Origin: Octopus vulgaris
Taxonomy: Eukaryota
DNA: 64,000 bases
Assembly: GCA_951406725.2 (NCBI GenBank)
Contig: OX597817.1
Span: forward strand, 85,374,001-85,438,000
Reading direction: 5' to 3'
Positions within the stretch are counted from its first letter, which is position 1, and each line of letters begins with the position of its first letter. The notes below the pieces were generated by a model that worked only from the letters and a program-made list of their open reading frames with translations, made no database searches and was not told the DNA's origin. The position numbers and the translations under genes were made by a program. This document shows positions 1-14,106 of the stretch, one piece after another.

Positions 1-302
<302 letters not shown>

Positions 303-303
303 G

Positions 304-421
<118 letters not shown>

Positions 422-439
422 CATGCTACATACATGCAT

Positions 440-470
<31 letters not shown>

Positions 471-511
471 CATGTATGTAATATATATGTGTATGTATAT
501 GTACACATATA

Positions 512-566
<55 letters not shown>

Positions 567-704
567 GAGAAAAACAATGTTTCCTCATCCATTTGTCTTG
601 TTTGTTTTATAGCTGCTTGTCATAGTTTGCTATTGTTCTTCATAAAACATTTTTCAAGTTCTATAACAGTTTTTGAGTTGCTGAAGGCCTTTCTTCATTC
701 AGAA

Positions 705-1015
705 GGCACAGATGTGACTTCCCAGTCACATGGTTTTGGGTTCACTACTATAGTGACTAGATTAGGCAGACGAAAACTGAAAGAAGCTCATTGTATGTGT
801 TTGCATGTGTCTCTATCTTCATACTGACATTGCTTGATAGTTGTAAGCAACTTCAACGTCATACAAGTACTGTCATTTGTTTTTAGTCTTGTATGAAAAC
901 ATTTCCAACCAAAGAGAAATGTCAACTTACTAGGAAACAGGAGAGAATTGGTGACAGGAAGGACATCTGGTTGAAGAAAATATCTTTAAAGATAAAGATA
1001 TATCATCATCATCAT
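705..1015 (+). mobile_element. Degenerate SINE family B (same head as A, RTE-like tail)
   Basis: cacatggttttgggttca ... aactgaaagaagctcattgtatgtgt ... ggaaacaggagagaattggtgacaggaaggacatctgg; collinear with the copy at 35945-36430. Confidence 0.65.
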
Positions 1016-1058
1016 ATTTTCCTAAATAGGTCAAAAAACAATAACTGAGATGATCATG

Positions 1059-1113
<55 letters not shown>

Positions 1114-1229
1114 CATCCATCCATCCATCCATCCATCCATCCATCCATCCATCCATCCATCCATCCATCCATCCACCCACCCACCCACCCATCCATCTAT
1201 ATACATATATGTATATATATGGTTGTGGT

Positions 1230-2090
1230 TTTGTGTTTGTAAGCCATCTAAGAATCCATAAGTCAGGAAAAAATACACTCATATATCAGTAAGCAGAGTG
1301 GGTATATTAATTGAAGTTTAAAGTATTATATATATATCCATTATGGATGATATTACCAATCAGTTTCACACTAAACGTTCAATTGTGTGTTAGGTAACAG
1401 TGGTACTATATCTATAACCTTTGCGGGAATGGGGATGGGTATGGCATGTACATCTGTGTTTGTAAATCTGTTTTCTTTCTTTTATATTTTGGTTAAATTT
1501 TTGGGAAGTGTGTGTAGGGGTACAATATATGTGGGGACTTATATTAGGTGGGGGGGGGTTAATTATCTAATGGATGGATGTCCACATGTTAGAGTGTGTG
1601 TGCCCCAAGAATTTAACCAAAACATAAAAAAAAAGAAAGTATACCAACACAGATGTATATCCTCCCCCTGCAAAAGCTATACATATGGTACCACTACACA
1701 CATTCCATTTCTAAAAGAGCACCATTTCTCATAAACACTTTTTCAGAAAACTCTTGCCGACTTGCAACACACCCAGAGATGGTGGGGGGGGGGGGGGGCT
1801 TTGGAACCAAAGGACATAACTCTTAACTTAACCCTTGCTTGGTTCATTTCATCATCCTTTTCACAGCAACTACAAACTGGATGTGTCTGTTCTCCTTAAA
1901 TAATAGAGAGCAGTCGCCATATTTTCATCCATAATAGCTATCTCTGAAGAGTGCAGGATTACATAATTGGACTGTTATCTAATACTCCATTGAACTCCAA
2001 GGGCAAAAACGATCGGTAAGATCAGCCAAAATGGATATATAATACATAATGGATATATAATACATAATGGATATATGATACTGATTTATG
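1230..2090. mobile_element. Old Penelope-like pseudo-LTR remnants in inverted arrangement, with a degenerate hammerhead
   Basis: Reverse complement of 1322-1371 (gaaactgattggtaatatcatccataatggatata) resembles 2006-2045 (aaaacgatcggtaagatcagccaaaatggatata). 1440-1504 is a diverged inverted repeat of 1604-1668. CTGAAGA at 1944-1950. Confidence 0.5.
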
Positions 2091-3062
2091 CAGGGGTTGG
2101 ACAAAATAATGTAAACACCTTAAAATTTCAAACAAATTTATTTTAATATGGGGTGGGACTGCTTTTGGCAATAGTTACAACTTGACTTCTATGAGGTATG
2201 GACTCATACAAAGTTTGAATTGTTACCAAAGGAATTTTTGTCAATTCTTTAGTTAAAGCAGTCTCCAGTTCTTGTAGTGATGATGGTGGAGGATATTGAA
2301 TCCTTACTTGTTTTTCTAAAATGCACCATAAATGTTCAATAATATTGAGATTTGGGGACTATGGTGGCCAGATAAGATGTTCAACTTCACTAGAATGTTC
2401 CTCATCAGAGAAAATAACATTCTTCCACTACTTTAGGGACCAATTTTGTAGGTTTTACTCCACTCTAAATGCTTTGCAATGTTTCTTTTTGAAAGTAGTG
2501 ATTTTTTGATTGCAGCCTTCCTGTGAAATCTGGCTTTGTGCAGCTTCCAGTGAACAGTTTTTGTGGAAACTGGGTTCTCGAGATGGTCATTAAGCTCTGC
2601 AGTAATTTGGGGAGCTGTACTTTTGTGATCCTTTCTAGCAAGTTGCATATGTGTCTGACAGTCCCCATCTGAAATGTTTGGTTTTCTTCCGGAGTTTTGT
2701 TTCGATGAGGAAGTTTTTCCCTCTTTCTCGAAGGCTGTCACTACTTTTCAGATAGTACTTCTTGATACACCAAACATTTCGGCTGTTTTCATTATGCTAG
2801 CACCTGCCATACAAGCACCTGCCATACAAGCACCAACAATTTAACCTGTTTGAAAGTCCAATAGATCTGTCATTTTAATGAATTTTAATTACCTTTTTCT
2901 GATGATATCTGAAAAGAAACAGCAATTTTAGCAAAGTATATTAAGCAACACTAATAATAAATCAAAAAACATAAAAATAAACAAATTTTTGACGGTTTTA
3001 TAGATACTTCAAAATTATGATGCTATGATGCTAGGTGTTTCCATTATTTTGTCCAACCCCTG
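2091..3062 (-). mobile_element. Tc1-family DNA transposon, internally deleted, transposase pseudogene
   Basis: 30-bp TIRs CAGGGGTTGGACAAAATAATG(T/G)AAACACCT at 2091-2120 and 3033-3062 (1 mismatch). Minus-strand remnants include SGRKP, VIFSDE and WPP*SPNLNIIEHLW. Stops present; 15-bp tandem duplication near 2799-2828. Confidence 0.93.
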
Positions 3063-5194
3063 TTTATACATACACATTCTGGTCTGGTACTGCATAGATG
3101 TGTGTGTCAATGCATGTATATATGGATATACATACGCATGAATAGAAGCATACATAGCATGACCCTTTTCAGAAGCTCTAAGTTGAGTTCTGGGAAGGGA
3201 AGATGTTGTTCATTGATCTAAGGCCTGATCAAAATACTTGTGACATTTCATATTTTGCTAAAAGCACCTCAAAAGCTAGGTGATAGTATTAAGCTGAATG
3301 TCCAAATTAAAATCTACCACTCATGAATAAAATGGTCTTTCCAATGAACTGATCTCTTACAGTTTCCTTTTACCAAATTCCATCCACAATAATTAGGACA
3401 ATCGGAGGCTATGGTAGAATATACACAATGGACTGGAACCAAAAACATCATAATCATGAAGAGAACTTCTTAACCATACAGCTATGATGCTGCTCATCTG
3501 GTGGATATTTTTCAATAAGTTATTTAGTAACTGATGAAAAAAGAAATTATTTTATTACATATATATTTTAACATCTTATACTTTACCTCTTCATAAAAGT
3601 GCTTTCCAAGCTTCAAAGAGAGACTCTATTGTATCATTTCACACAAAATGTGAAAGCAACCAGCATTACAAGGATATCAAGCTGAAAAGAAGAGAATTCC
3701 AACAACTCAATCAATAAAAATATAACAAATCTTGCGAGTGAAGAGCTTTCTACACCTGGCCTAAAACCTTACATTGTTTTTCCACCTGTCCTTTCATTCA
3801 TTATTTACCTTGTAAATGTCTCTGTGAGTATCTTTTTAAGATCGAAAAGCAAGCAAAAAGAAAAGAAAGAAAAAAGGCAACACTTAAACTACTTTGAATT
3901 GTTGTCTTATATGTTAGCTTTCAGTAATTACCAAACTTATTGTTACAAGCATCAGTAAACAGCTGTTTTCTGGAGAATAATCTTTCTTTTCTAACCATTT
4001 TCTTCCCAACTTCTCAATCCTGTTTCTTTCAAAGATTTTTTTACTAAAAGCATAAACTGTTGATTTTAGTATCAGCAAAGAAATGAGAAGAGAGTATCAG
4101 TGTACTGAACTATTTTGGTCTGGAATCTATATAAATGTACCTTCACAGTTCTACTTAACACCTTCATCTCAATCTCCATCAAAGTAGTCCCAACAGACAC
4201 AATAAACAGTCATGTTATTTCTTTTTGCCAATTCTGTCTCCATTTTCTTACGAAAGAAAAGTGAAGATTACTTCTCTATCATTAATTTATTTTTATTTAT
4301 ATTTTATCTTATATCATATTTTTGTTTATATTTTTTCAAATCTTGTGTTAGCCTTTAGTTGGGAATTCAAAATACCGACATTGACACTAGAATATGAAAT
4401 TTTAGAGTTTGATTAAGAAAAAAAGGAAGATGTAAGAAGGAATTCTGGTATATAAAATAGACTTGATACTGAGAAGTTAGTTAAGGAATATATATCATCA
4501 ACTCTACCTAGTAGCCAAAATAGAATGAGGTATAGAGGTATGAAATTGAGAAGGAAGTAATGATAAAATGATGAGGGATAAAAAATACTTCAAGCCATAT
4601 AATATTAACTCCAGTTTCAAAATAGGTTTCATATTTTCATTTTTTGTTCTTAATTAAACATCCAAAATAATTAATTTCATGCGAAAAATCCTACATAATT
4701 TATTATTTTGTTTTGTTTTCTTTCAGAGTGTCTTTACATAAAAAGTAAATTTTTTGCAAATTATCTGTTGCATTTTTATCTACACTACATTTCGTATTTG
4801 AATGCTATGAATGTATGAATATAGAATTTCCATGGGTTGTCATTGAATTGCTTCATTATTACTCAGCATTTCAATAGCCTTACTCGTAATGAAATGTGTC
4901 TATTTTAACACTGTCCGTACATTTTATATGTTGTTAAGTACAAAATGAAAGAAAATACCAAATGATTAAGTTAATAGTTAATCAGTCTGTGTCCCTCAAT
5001 GGTTTAAAGCATAACCCCTCTAAATAAAATATAGGAAGTATGAGAAAATAAGATTTTTATGCATCTCTGAAACTTTCCTGTTTAAATTCCTGTTTTATCT
5101 AAATGTAAAAATGAAATAAAAAAACACATTCTCTTCTTAAACGATACCTTCAACAAGAGTTTATTTCTTTAACAATTGTTCATTGTGTTCATTC

Positions 5195-5425
5195 ATTTTA
5201 TATCTGTTTCTCCATGCTAATAGCATGGACAAGACAAATGCTTATCATTGAGACATTGCTTTACAGCTGGATGCTCACCCTGTTGCTAACCCTTACCTAC
5301 TTTTAATTTCATTCATCTTTGAAAACATTGAGTTGGCAGACAACATGATAACAAGGAATGACAAAATAAAAAATTTGTTTATAGTTCTGCACTGAATGCA
5401 AATATTAACACAAGCACCCACACAT

Positions 5426-5498
<73 letters not shown>

Positions 5499-5665
5499 CT
5501 CTCTCTCTCTCTCACACACACACATATGTCTACCTAATTTATTCATGAGGTATTGGTCAGCCTGGGGCTATAGTAGAAGGCAGCTGTCCAAGCTGCTGTG
5601 CAGTAAGACTATACCAAAACCATACATTTGAGAAGCAGACTTCTTAACCACACAACCATGCTTGC
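5195..5665 (-). mobile_element. Degenerate SINE family B with (CT)n/(CTAT)n internal microsatellite
   Basis: Tail remnant ttacagctggatgctcaccctgttgctaacccttacc; head remnant ggctatagtagaagg ... cttcttaaccacacaaccatg. Confidence 0.55.
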
Positions 5666-6475
5666 ATATGTTTATGTATATTATCCGTAATAGAATTTAG
5701 TATCAGATTACAAATAAAACTGTGCTATAAGCTAAAACCATTCATAATAGTTTTTACAGTTTTATTAGGTAGAAGGAGCTGTATCCATGCCTTTTACAGT
5801 TGTTCCAAGTGTGACAAGGTTGATGCATAACAGCCTCTCAACAAAGAGAATTACATAGGGGTAATGATCCAGGGAAAATGATTGGTGAAAAATATTTAGT
5901 GTGGGGCCTGGAATAAGAAATGTTATATGGATGATGAGAGGAGGAAAGATGAAAATGTTGGAAGGCTAGTACAGGAGATAAGAAGGCTAGTCTTTGGGAT
6001 ATATCGATAAAGGATATTCTATAAATCATTACATAAAATGAATATCAGCGGTAAGCTCCAAGAAAATCAAATTTGTGACATGGTTTTAATTCCCATTCTT
6101 AACAAATTCTCGTCTCTTTAAATGCTGACATGAAGACATAAATGTTTAACTTGTATTCCTCATCTTCTGCCAGATTTGTTGTCTTATGCCAACATGAGGA
6201 GTCTTTTACTGAATTTAACTTTTATTTCCAATTTTTCTCATCCTTTATTCACATTTTTAAATGGTAAAGGAACAGTGCCTATATTTTACTTCTGAGTTGG
6301 TGCTACCGAAAGAAGGTGCTATATTTAGTAACTTCCCTTGATAGTTCTATATATTTATATTGAACTACTGTTTGCTAACTAAAGAGTTCTTCCTTACTGT
6401 TGATCACAAAATAAATAGATAAAATAAAATTATTTTAACAATAATTTTACTCAATTATTTTAATTCTATTTCTAG

Positions 6476-6540
6476 GTTATTGTGGATTACATTTGGCCTC
6501 ACATAATGGATTTCCTGATGTTGCATCTCAGTTACTTAAG
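6476..6540 (+). CDS. Internal coding exon of an ankyrin-repeat protein gene ((G)YCGLHLASHNGFPDVASQLLK)
   Basis: Acceptor tttctag|G after an AT/pyrimidine-rich tract; donor AAG|gtaaat; 65 nt. Ankyrin pattern LHLAxxNGxxDVxxxLL. Ends in phase 0, matching the exon at 63437. Confidence 0.88.
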
Positions 6541-7069
6541 GTAAATAAACCATAAGTACTTATACTTCTCTTTAGAAAATATTTTCCATGTTTCTGAAAT
6601 AACTTCTTAGAAATTTTATCATAGTCATTTGGCTTTATAAAACCTATGTATCAATGTTGACCTTTTTTGATCCTCAAATTGATTTGTTGTTGAATAATAA
6701 TTATTTATTTCAGTAAATTTTATACGTCTTTCATTGTTATTGACATTCGAAAAGTCTATTTTCATAATTGCTTTTCAAAAGTCATTGTTATTTGTTCATA
6801 AAAGTTTTAAATGTCTGCCTACCATTATATATTTTAATTCTATATTGACAAATTAATACCTTTAACTTATTCTGCAATTAATAAGTCTTCATTCATTTTC
6901 ATGATTAATAACTATAATTTGATCAAGAATTAGAATAAATTGTTGAAGTGTATAATTGTTCTATATATCTTGAATACATTATATGTCTATATGTTGTACA
7001 ATAGCTATGTGGTTTAGGTACTGCTCTTTTGATCTTAATTTTATATGTTCAAACCTTGTAATAGTCATA

Positions 7070-7270
7070 ATGTTATTTAACTCCTGGTCAGTACTAATCA
7101 ATCAGATCTGCAGTCAAAGTCATTCCAGCCATGACCACCCAATATTTTTATTATATCTAGGACAATGACATTTAATGTGTTCTTCCTTTTCTATGATAGT
7201 TTAGTGCAATTCAAGGAAAATTTTGCTGCAATTTTTAACAGAGTGGGTGACTGCATAGAGGCTCTCTCAA
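7070..7270 (+). repeat. Dispersed repeat family F (unclassified); also ~45340-45555 (-) and ~49220-49410 (+)
   Basis: Shared core caaag(t/g)cattcca(g/a)c(c/t)at(g/a) ... tt(t/g)gctgc(a/t)attt(t/c)ta in three diverged copies. Confidence 0.5.
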
Positions 7271-9129
7271 TATCTTGTTATTGATGTTATTGTTGCTGTT
7301 GAGTTACACCAATCACATCTACTCAAGGGAACTTATGGAATGGAGATCAGCAATGCTTAAGAGTAACAGATTAAGGCCATATAGGGAAATCAGCAACATT
7401 TAAGAATAACAGATTAGTCTGTCATTTTAGATATACTAGACTTAAATTTTCTTCAAGGCCATACTTCTCCATGTAATGCACCATACTGTACAGTCCACCA
7501 TGCAGTTGTTTGCCATGCTGATTGCAGTGCAGCATATTGCATCACAGAAAGAAAAAAAAGGTGCCATGTCATTGAGGAAGATAACATTCTTCCATTGGCA
7601 CAAAATTGTAATCCTTGGGACTCAGTGAGAACGGTCATTATTAGTTCTTAGCAAAGAATTTTAGCTTAGTGTGGCAACTGATGTTCCCTATATGTGTCTT
7701 GTGCTTGTCAAGATCAAGTGCTATTTAGAATAATATGACAATATATTGGAGAATTTTTATATTGTTGCAACTATTTAGTTTCAAGAGACTAATACTTTTC
7801 ACTGTCACTTAACGAATGGAACCAAGCTGAAAAAATTGGATTATAATGCAGACCAACATAACGTAGTGAGAGCAAAAAAAGAAAAACCCCATTAAATAAT
7901 ACAAATTAAATCTGTAATGAAAAGACAAGTAATTAGAGATAATGACAATTTTTTCAGGAAAGGCAATAGAGAGAACTTTGAAATATAAATTGATTAAAAA
8001 TTGATGGAGACAAATAGTAATGTGGTTTGATTTTTAATAAGTGGGGGAAATAACACTGAGCGTGACATGTTTTAGTCTTGTTAGCCCTCCAAAAGGAAGT
8101 ATAATTCAACATAGATTTTATAAGATATATAGACCAACATTGAAAGGGTATTGTTCTAAAAAGTTTTATCTAGAAAGTAGCTTCAAGGGCCATGTTTGCC
8201 AGAATTGATTGCAACCATGAACTGTGAAACCAGTGTATTGAAAATGATATTTCAAGTTTCGTATTTTTTGTTCATAGTTTTATCGATGTTTCAGACAGGT
8301 ATGTGTTTAGTTGTATGCCTACTATTATACAGTGTGCCTTGAATAATTTTGTCAGATACCTTGCTTATATCCTATGGTTGTAATTTCCTTGTATAAATTA
8401 ATTGTTGTTCTAATGAATGGTTATAGTGTGTTTTGCTAAGTATTTGTGCTAATTATAATTTATATACATTAATTAAAAGTCATTTAAGTGTTTTATTGAA
8501 TGCAAAAGGTTGTTGGATTCATTGAGTAGTTCTGGCATGTGGTAGAACATGATGCTTTTGTTGTGGTGCTGGTAAATATATGTTGACTAGTTTCATATTT
8601 GACTTTGAGTTATATTTACCTTGAAAATGATGTAATTTGGGAAAATAAACATAACTGAGTATATAGAGTTTTTCACACTGTATACTCAAATAGCCTTAAT
8701 TTAGAAAAATAAGTGAATTTATATATATAATGTCTTTGATACTATATAGCTAAGGTTTTATGAACTTATAAATTATAGAAATACATTTCTCCCACCCCCA
8801 CCTGTTGCTCTCTTCAGTCCTAATATTTTTCACTGCTCTTTCAATTCCATACTAAACAGTTTCCTTACCACTGTATTTCTGTGGAACTCCTCCTTCACTG
8901 TATTTTTTTGATAACTATTATCTGCTACATTTAAACATTGTTAGTATTTCAAAGTAATTCTGAGATCGTAGTAGAATCATTCCCGCAGTCATGAAGTGTG
9001 TAAAAGAGTTTCAGGTAATGCCTTTCCTTCACAGATTGAGTAAAATACAATTTAGTCTACTGTTTTGCTATCTTCACCATTTTATATTATGCTTATTGTT
9101 AATGACAATAAAGTCACATCATTATTATC

Positions 9130-9640
9130 ATCATCATCATCATCATTGCCGTCATTATCATCTTCATCGTTTAATGTCCATATTCTATGCTGGAATATGG
9201 TAGATGATTCAACAAGAGATGACAAGCCAAAGGATTATGTTGGGCTCCTATGTCTGCTTCTATTGCTGGATGCTCTTCATAATGCCAGCCACTTTACAGA
9301 TTGCACTGGGTGCTTTTGCCGTGGGACTGACACTACTAAGGTCATCAATTAACTCACAAAACAAGACCCCTTGACAGAGTGGAGGTGCAATATTGAGAGA
9401 TGTGTCTTTGCGTCAGATGTTGAAATATTAAAATATGTTAGATTGAGAAACAGGTAACTTGCTATAGAGGAGATATATGGCTACCTAAGAAGGAAAGCAA
9501 GAAAGGATAGTAAAGATGAGGTATCAGAGCATACCCTCAAAGTACTAGAAGGTGGATAAAGAAAGAATAGAGACAAAAAATTGAGTATGGCTGGGTGGAG
9601 AGGTTCATGAGAGTGTGAAAGATGGTTAAAGATTAGGATA
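9130..9640 (-). mobile_element. Degenerate RTE-type LINE 3' end / non-autonomous derivative
   Basis: (CAT)n tail, tttaatgtcc ... gctggatgctcttcataatgccagccactttacaga ... gggtgctttt. Similar copies at ~43000-43420 (+), ~46740-47290 (-) and ~57030-57290 (+). Confidence 0.6.
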
Positions 9641-11077
9641 GAGGTGAATACAGTGAATAGTGAACATGGGTTGAGGCGTAGTCAACAGTGAACAACATCT
9701 CATGAAAAAAGATTATGGTATTTATAACTTTATAAAAATGTTTGAAGTGCCTCAAAATATTGCAGTTTTTAAAAAACAAGATTATTTGTGTAAAGTGGTA
9801 TTACACATGCATTGTGTAATTTTTGCAGTTATTCTCTTTTCAATAAATGGTAATTACTATTCTAATCAATGAATTCCTGAAATTATACTGTGTAAAAGCT
9901 TAGATTCATTTCATAGTGGTGTGTTACGTGGCATCTTGCAGAACCACAATATTTTCTTTTTCTTTAATTCAGTTGTGTTATTGTGAATAACTTTAAAAAA
10001 ATATTAGATATTTTGAACTAAATTCTTTGGAATATTTTTATATTTTAATATTTCTATTTTTGATATTTTTATATTTTAATTATTTTGATATTTTTACTCT
10101 GTTATTAATTCAGCCGTAGAATCCATTTTAGATTAGAGATTTTTGCAATTTAGAAAATGTAGAAGTCTCGTAAAGATTTTTATTTCTGAATAAACAAAAT
10201 TATACTGTAATACAGAATTCTATAAGAAACATCTTCTTTCACATTTTTTTTTTCTGTGTAAAGTCAGTTTTACAGATTTTTCAGAATATGTCGTGAGAAT
10301 GTTAAGAAAAAAATCTGTTTGTTTTATATTGTCTAACATGAAGCAATAATTACTTCACTCTGAACATACTGCTAAGCTTTCATGCTTTTTTCTTTAATTT
10401 ACTACTGGCTGTTGCAAGAAAACTGAAACAGCTGTCTTTGTTATCATCTGACACCAGAGCTGGTTTATTGGTATTCTTACAGACAAAAAAAAATTAATAT
10501 TTAATTTGTAAACTTCAATATACTTAATACTTTAATTTCATTGATTAACACTTTTCAAGCTTTGCTTCCTACATCTCCAATGGCATCTTTTATTATTAGC
10601 CAGTTGCCTTTAAAAAATTTGTCTTTCCCAGGGTCTTCTTCAATATTCTGTCTTTTATTTTATCAGCATTGGACACTGTGTCAAGTAGTCTGAACTCTGC
10701 TTCATTCCTTGCATTGAGAATTTCCATATCAAAAGACATTACAAAATTCATTGTAAATATTTATGTAAAGAAGGTGTTAATGTTGTAATTATAATTTTAA
10801 AAGTCTCTGATTAAAATAAAATATTTTTATATTCAAAGGAAGGTTTTCATTTTTTAAAATATTTTCATTAGTTTTCAATACTTTCAAATGATTTTTTATG
10901 TGGGTGATAGGGTTATGGTATTATAATTGTAATATAATGCTCAATAAAGTAAAAATAAAATATCAAAGTCATGTGTTTTTCTATTGAAACATAGACATGT
11001 GATTGGATTTCAAAGTAGCCTCTAACGGCACTAAAGTATACATATTGTGACCTCAATATATACCTTTCCTCATTTGC

Positions 11078-11378
11078 CTCTTACTTCTTTCAGTCATTTC
11101 ACTGCAGCCATACTGGGGCAACACCTTGAAGGGTTTAGTCAAACAACTTGACCTGCTGACTTATTTTTTTAAGTCAAGTACTTATATTAGCTTCTTTTAC
11201 CAAACAGCTAAATTACTGGGATGTAAACAAACTAACACACCAGTTGACAAGCTGTGAGAGAGACAAACACAAGCACAAAGACATACACACACATTTGCAC
11301 ATACATACATACATACATACATACATACATACATACATACATACATACATACAGACATACATACATACATACATACAT

Positions 11379-11409
<31 letters not shown>

Positions 11410-11435
11410 TACATACATACATACATACATACAAA
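11078..11435 (-). mobile_element. SINE family A, 3' half with (CATA)n array
   Basis: ttacttctttcagtcatttcactgcagccatactggggcaacaccttgaagg ... taaacaaactaacacaccagttg ... gacaaacacaagcacaaagacatacac matches 31912-32110. Confidence 0.75.
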
Positions 11436-12259
11436 GACAAAATGGCAAAATGATCTCACTAGCTACCTGGTGCCTAAATGGCCACACTGGCCTGAGACAG
11501 ACTGTAGTGGAAGGAGTCCAGTAGGGAGAAGGTTCCTCCTTCAGGAGTGATGAAACCTTGGATATTAAATATTGGATTGTACCCCATAATACACATATAT
11601 ATGTATATATATATACACACTAATAGAACAAATGTTTTATCTCAAGTAATATTTGCTGTTGTACCTTTATTAATGACATAAATGACTTCAAATATATACG
11701 AGCTAATTAGTTAAATAAATTGTGTGACATATGATTATTGGAACTTGGCTATTGTTTGTGGCCATATATAAATTAATGAAGTATTCATTACATTCATCTA
11801 GCTGGTTCTTTATTTTATGGCCTGTTCTTGATAAGGTCTAATTAAGATCACTATAAAATGTTGATTTCAATTAGAATTTACATATAAGGTATTTTGACAG
11901 TTTGTTTTTCTATGTTCTTCTAATTATCATTGAGCATCTCTGTTTACTTTGAGATACCCATTTCTTGGATGACATCTTATAAATAACTAGTTATCTAAAA
12001 TTGGTTCTTTTATTCATCAAGCCTACCATAACTGAACTAGAAAAATGTAAAATGGTAAAGAATATACAAATTTTTTTCTTGTTTGAATTATTACTGCTTG
12101 CTAAAGTTATGCATATTAAATGATGTAGATAATCATGAAATATCTTTGCTATACAGACTTTACAGTAATTCCCTCATAATGATACTGATCTACAATAAAA
12201 AGAATTACTTGCTTATATCAAAATTTACACATGCAAATAGCTATTTCCTTCTATTAGTC

Positions 12260-12486
12260 TTAACCCTTTCAATATCAACCCAGCTGAAACTGCCTCTGGC
12301 TCTGTAGTATAAATGTCTTGTTTTCATAAGTTTTGAATTAAAATCTTTCTCTAAACCTTAGTCACAATTTTATGTTCCTTAAACCAGCTTAATGATAACT
12401 AAGTTATTTTACTAAATTCTTTAATTTAAAATTAATTGAAAGAAACGCAGAGCATCTCAAAATAAATATGGTAACGGAAGGGTTAA
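12260..12486 (+). mobile_element. piggyBac-type MITE family E
   Basis: TTAA|CCCTTTC ... GGAAGGG|TTAA; internal sequence closely matches 21470-21696. Confidence 0.85.
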
Positions 12487-13134
12487 TGAATATTTTTCAC
12501 TTTTGCATTTTGTATAATACTGCAGACATCACAATATTAAAAGATTATGCCAAAATACCAGAATGGTTTTTAGACATTATCAACTCTAACATCCCTGAAG
12601 CAGAATTCTAAAAATTTCCTTTGGAGAGGTCAAGAATGTTAACATCTGTTTTAGGAGATAAATATTTGCAGATATTTTTGTACCGGATATTATCTAAAGT
12701 TCACAATTTATCCTAATATAGGAAGGTGTTATGTAAGTTTCTACATATGTTTCAGCATGTGGATTTGTAAATCATCAGTAAAATTCTTAGCAGTTTGGGT
12801 GAAAAAAAGATGACTTTATAAAATTTTGCTTTCTCTTTACTTGTACTTCAGGAAATTATTTCATTTTGCTGATGTCAGTTTTAGAAAATTGTTTTATTGT
12901 TGTTTTTTCATGCCAAACAGCCAGCCATATTGCTTTTACAAATCAATGCTATTTGTATGCATCAATTTTGCAATACTATTATTTTCACATCAGCTGAGCA
13001 ATCTTCAGTGGATGCTACTATATATATTATTAAGAGGAAATATCTTGTCACCATCACTTTTTTAGATTATTTTCCCTTGCCTATTTTTTATCTCCATTCT
13101 TGCTTAGAGTAGCTAAGTCTACAAGTCAGTTTCA

Positions 13135-13330
13135 TCATTATCATCATCATAATGTCCAGTTTTCCATGCTTGTATCGATCAGAGGGAGATTATTGAGGCA
13201 GATTTTCTATGATCAGATGCCCTTCCTGTCGTTAACCCCCACCCATTTCCAAGCCAGATAACATGATAGTGATATTCATTTACAACTATCACATGATATT
13301 AAGACAGAGAGACACAAACATACATACTCA
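13135..13330 (-). mobile_element. SINE family B 3' half followed by long (TA)n arrays (to ~13640)
   Basis: (CAT)n, tttccatgcttg ... gaggcagattttctatgatcagatgcccttcctgtc ... ttacaactatcacatgat ... gacacaaaca. Confidence 0.7.
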
Positions 13331-13418
13331 CACACACTCACACATGCATATATACACACATATATATACTCATATATACATACACACTCATAAATATATA
13401 TAGATACGTACATTTATA

Positions 13419-13489
<71 letters not shown>

Positions 13490-13543
13490 GAAAAAATTGT
13501 ACAAAATGTATAAATAGATAATATATATATATATACATATATG

Positions 13544-13643
<100 letters not shown>

Positions 13644-13899
13644 TTGAAAATGAAATGAAGGGTCTATAGCGGTTACGTGAGGGCTGCAATGCTGTATGGG
13701 ACTGAGACATGGTGTCTAAGGGAGAGATAGATGGCAATTTTGAGAAAGACTGAGAGAGCAATGGTGAGAGAAATGTGTGGAGTGAAGCATGATGGAGAAT
13801 GGATGGTGAATGGAGTGTGGTGGTATGGGCATGTATTGAGGAGGGATGAGGAGCATGTTCTGAGATGGGTGCTTGAGTTTTAGGTAAATGGACCAAGAA

Positions 13900-14106
13900 T
13901 GTGAGGTAGACTGAGGACAACATGGAAGGAACAGGTGGAGGAGAAGATTGGGAAGGTTGGCTTCAGAAGGGAGGAGTCCTAAAACAGGCTAAGATAGCAA
14001 GATGGTGTGGGGGTGATTGCTATGGCATTGAGGTAAATCTGGCCACCCCTGTTAAAAGGGACAAAACCGAATTTAAAACACTAGATGATGATGATGATGA
14101 TGATGA
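13900..14106 (+). mobile_element. 3' end of a second RTE-type LINE family
   Basis: tatggcattgaggtaaatctggccacccctgttaaaagggacaaaaccgaatttaaaacactagat(gat)n; same tail at 34255-34332, where RT C-terminal sequence precedes it. Confidence 0.65.

Noticed and set aside
4700-4750. Strong-looking acceptor (ttttgttttctttcag) followed by a short stretch and aagtaaat
   Set aside because: Would be a micro-exon with a weak donor and no ankyrin-like sequence; unsupported without RNA data.
10598-10752. ~51-codon minus-strand ORF (MNFVMSFDMEILNARNEAEFRLLDTV...) as a possible nested gene
   Set aside because: Short, no recognisable motif, no convincing splice signals; compatible with chance.
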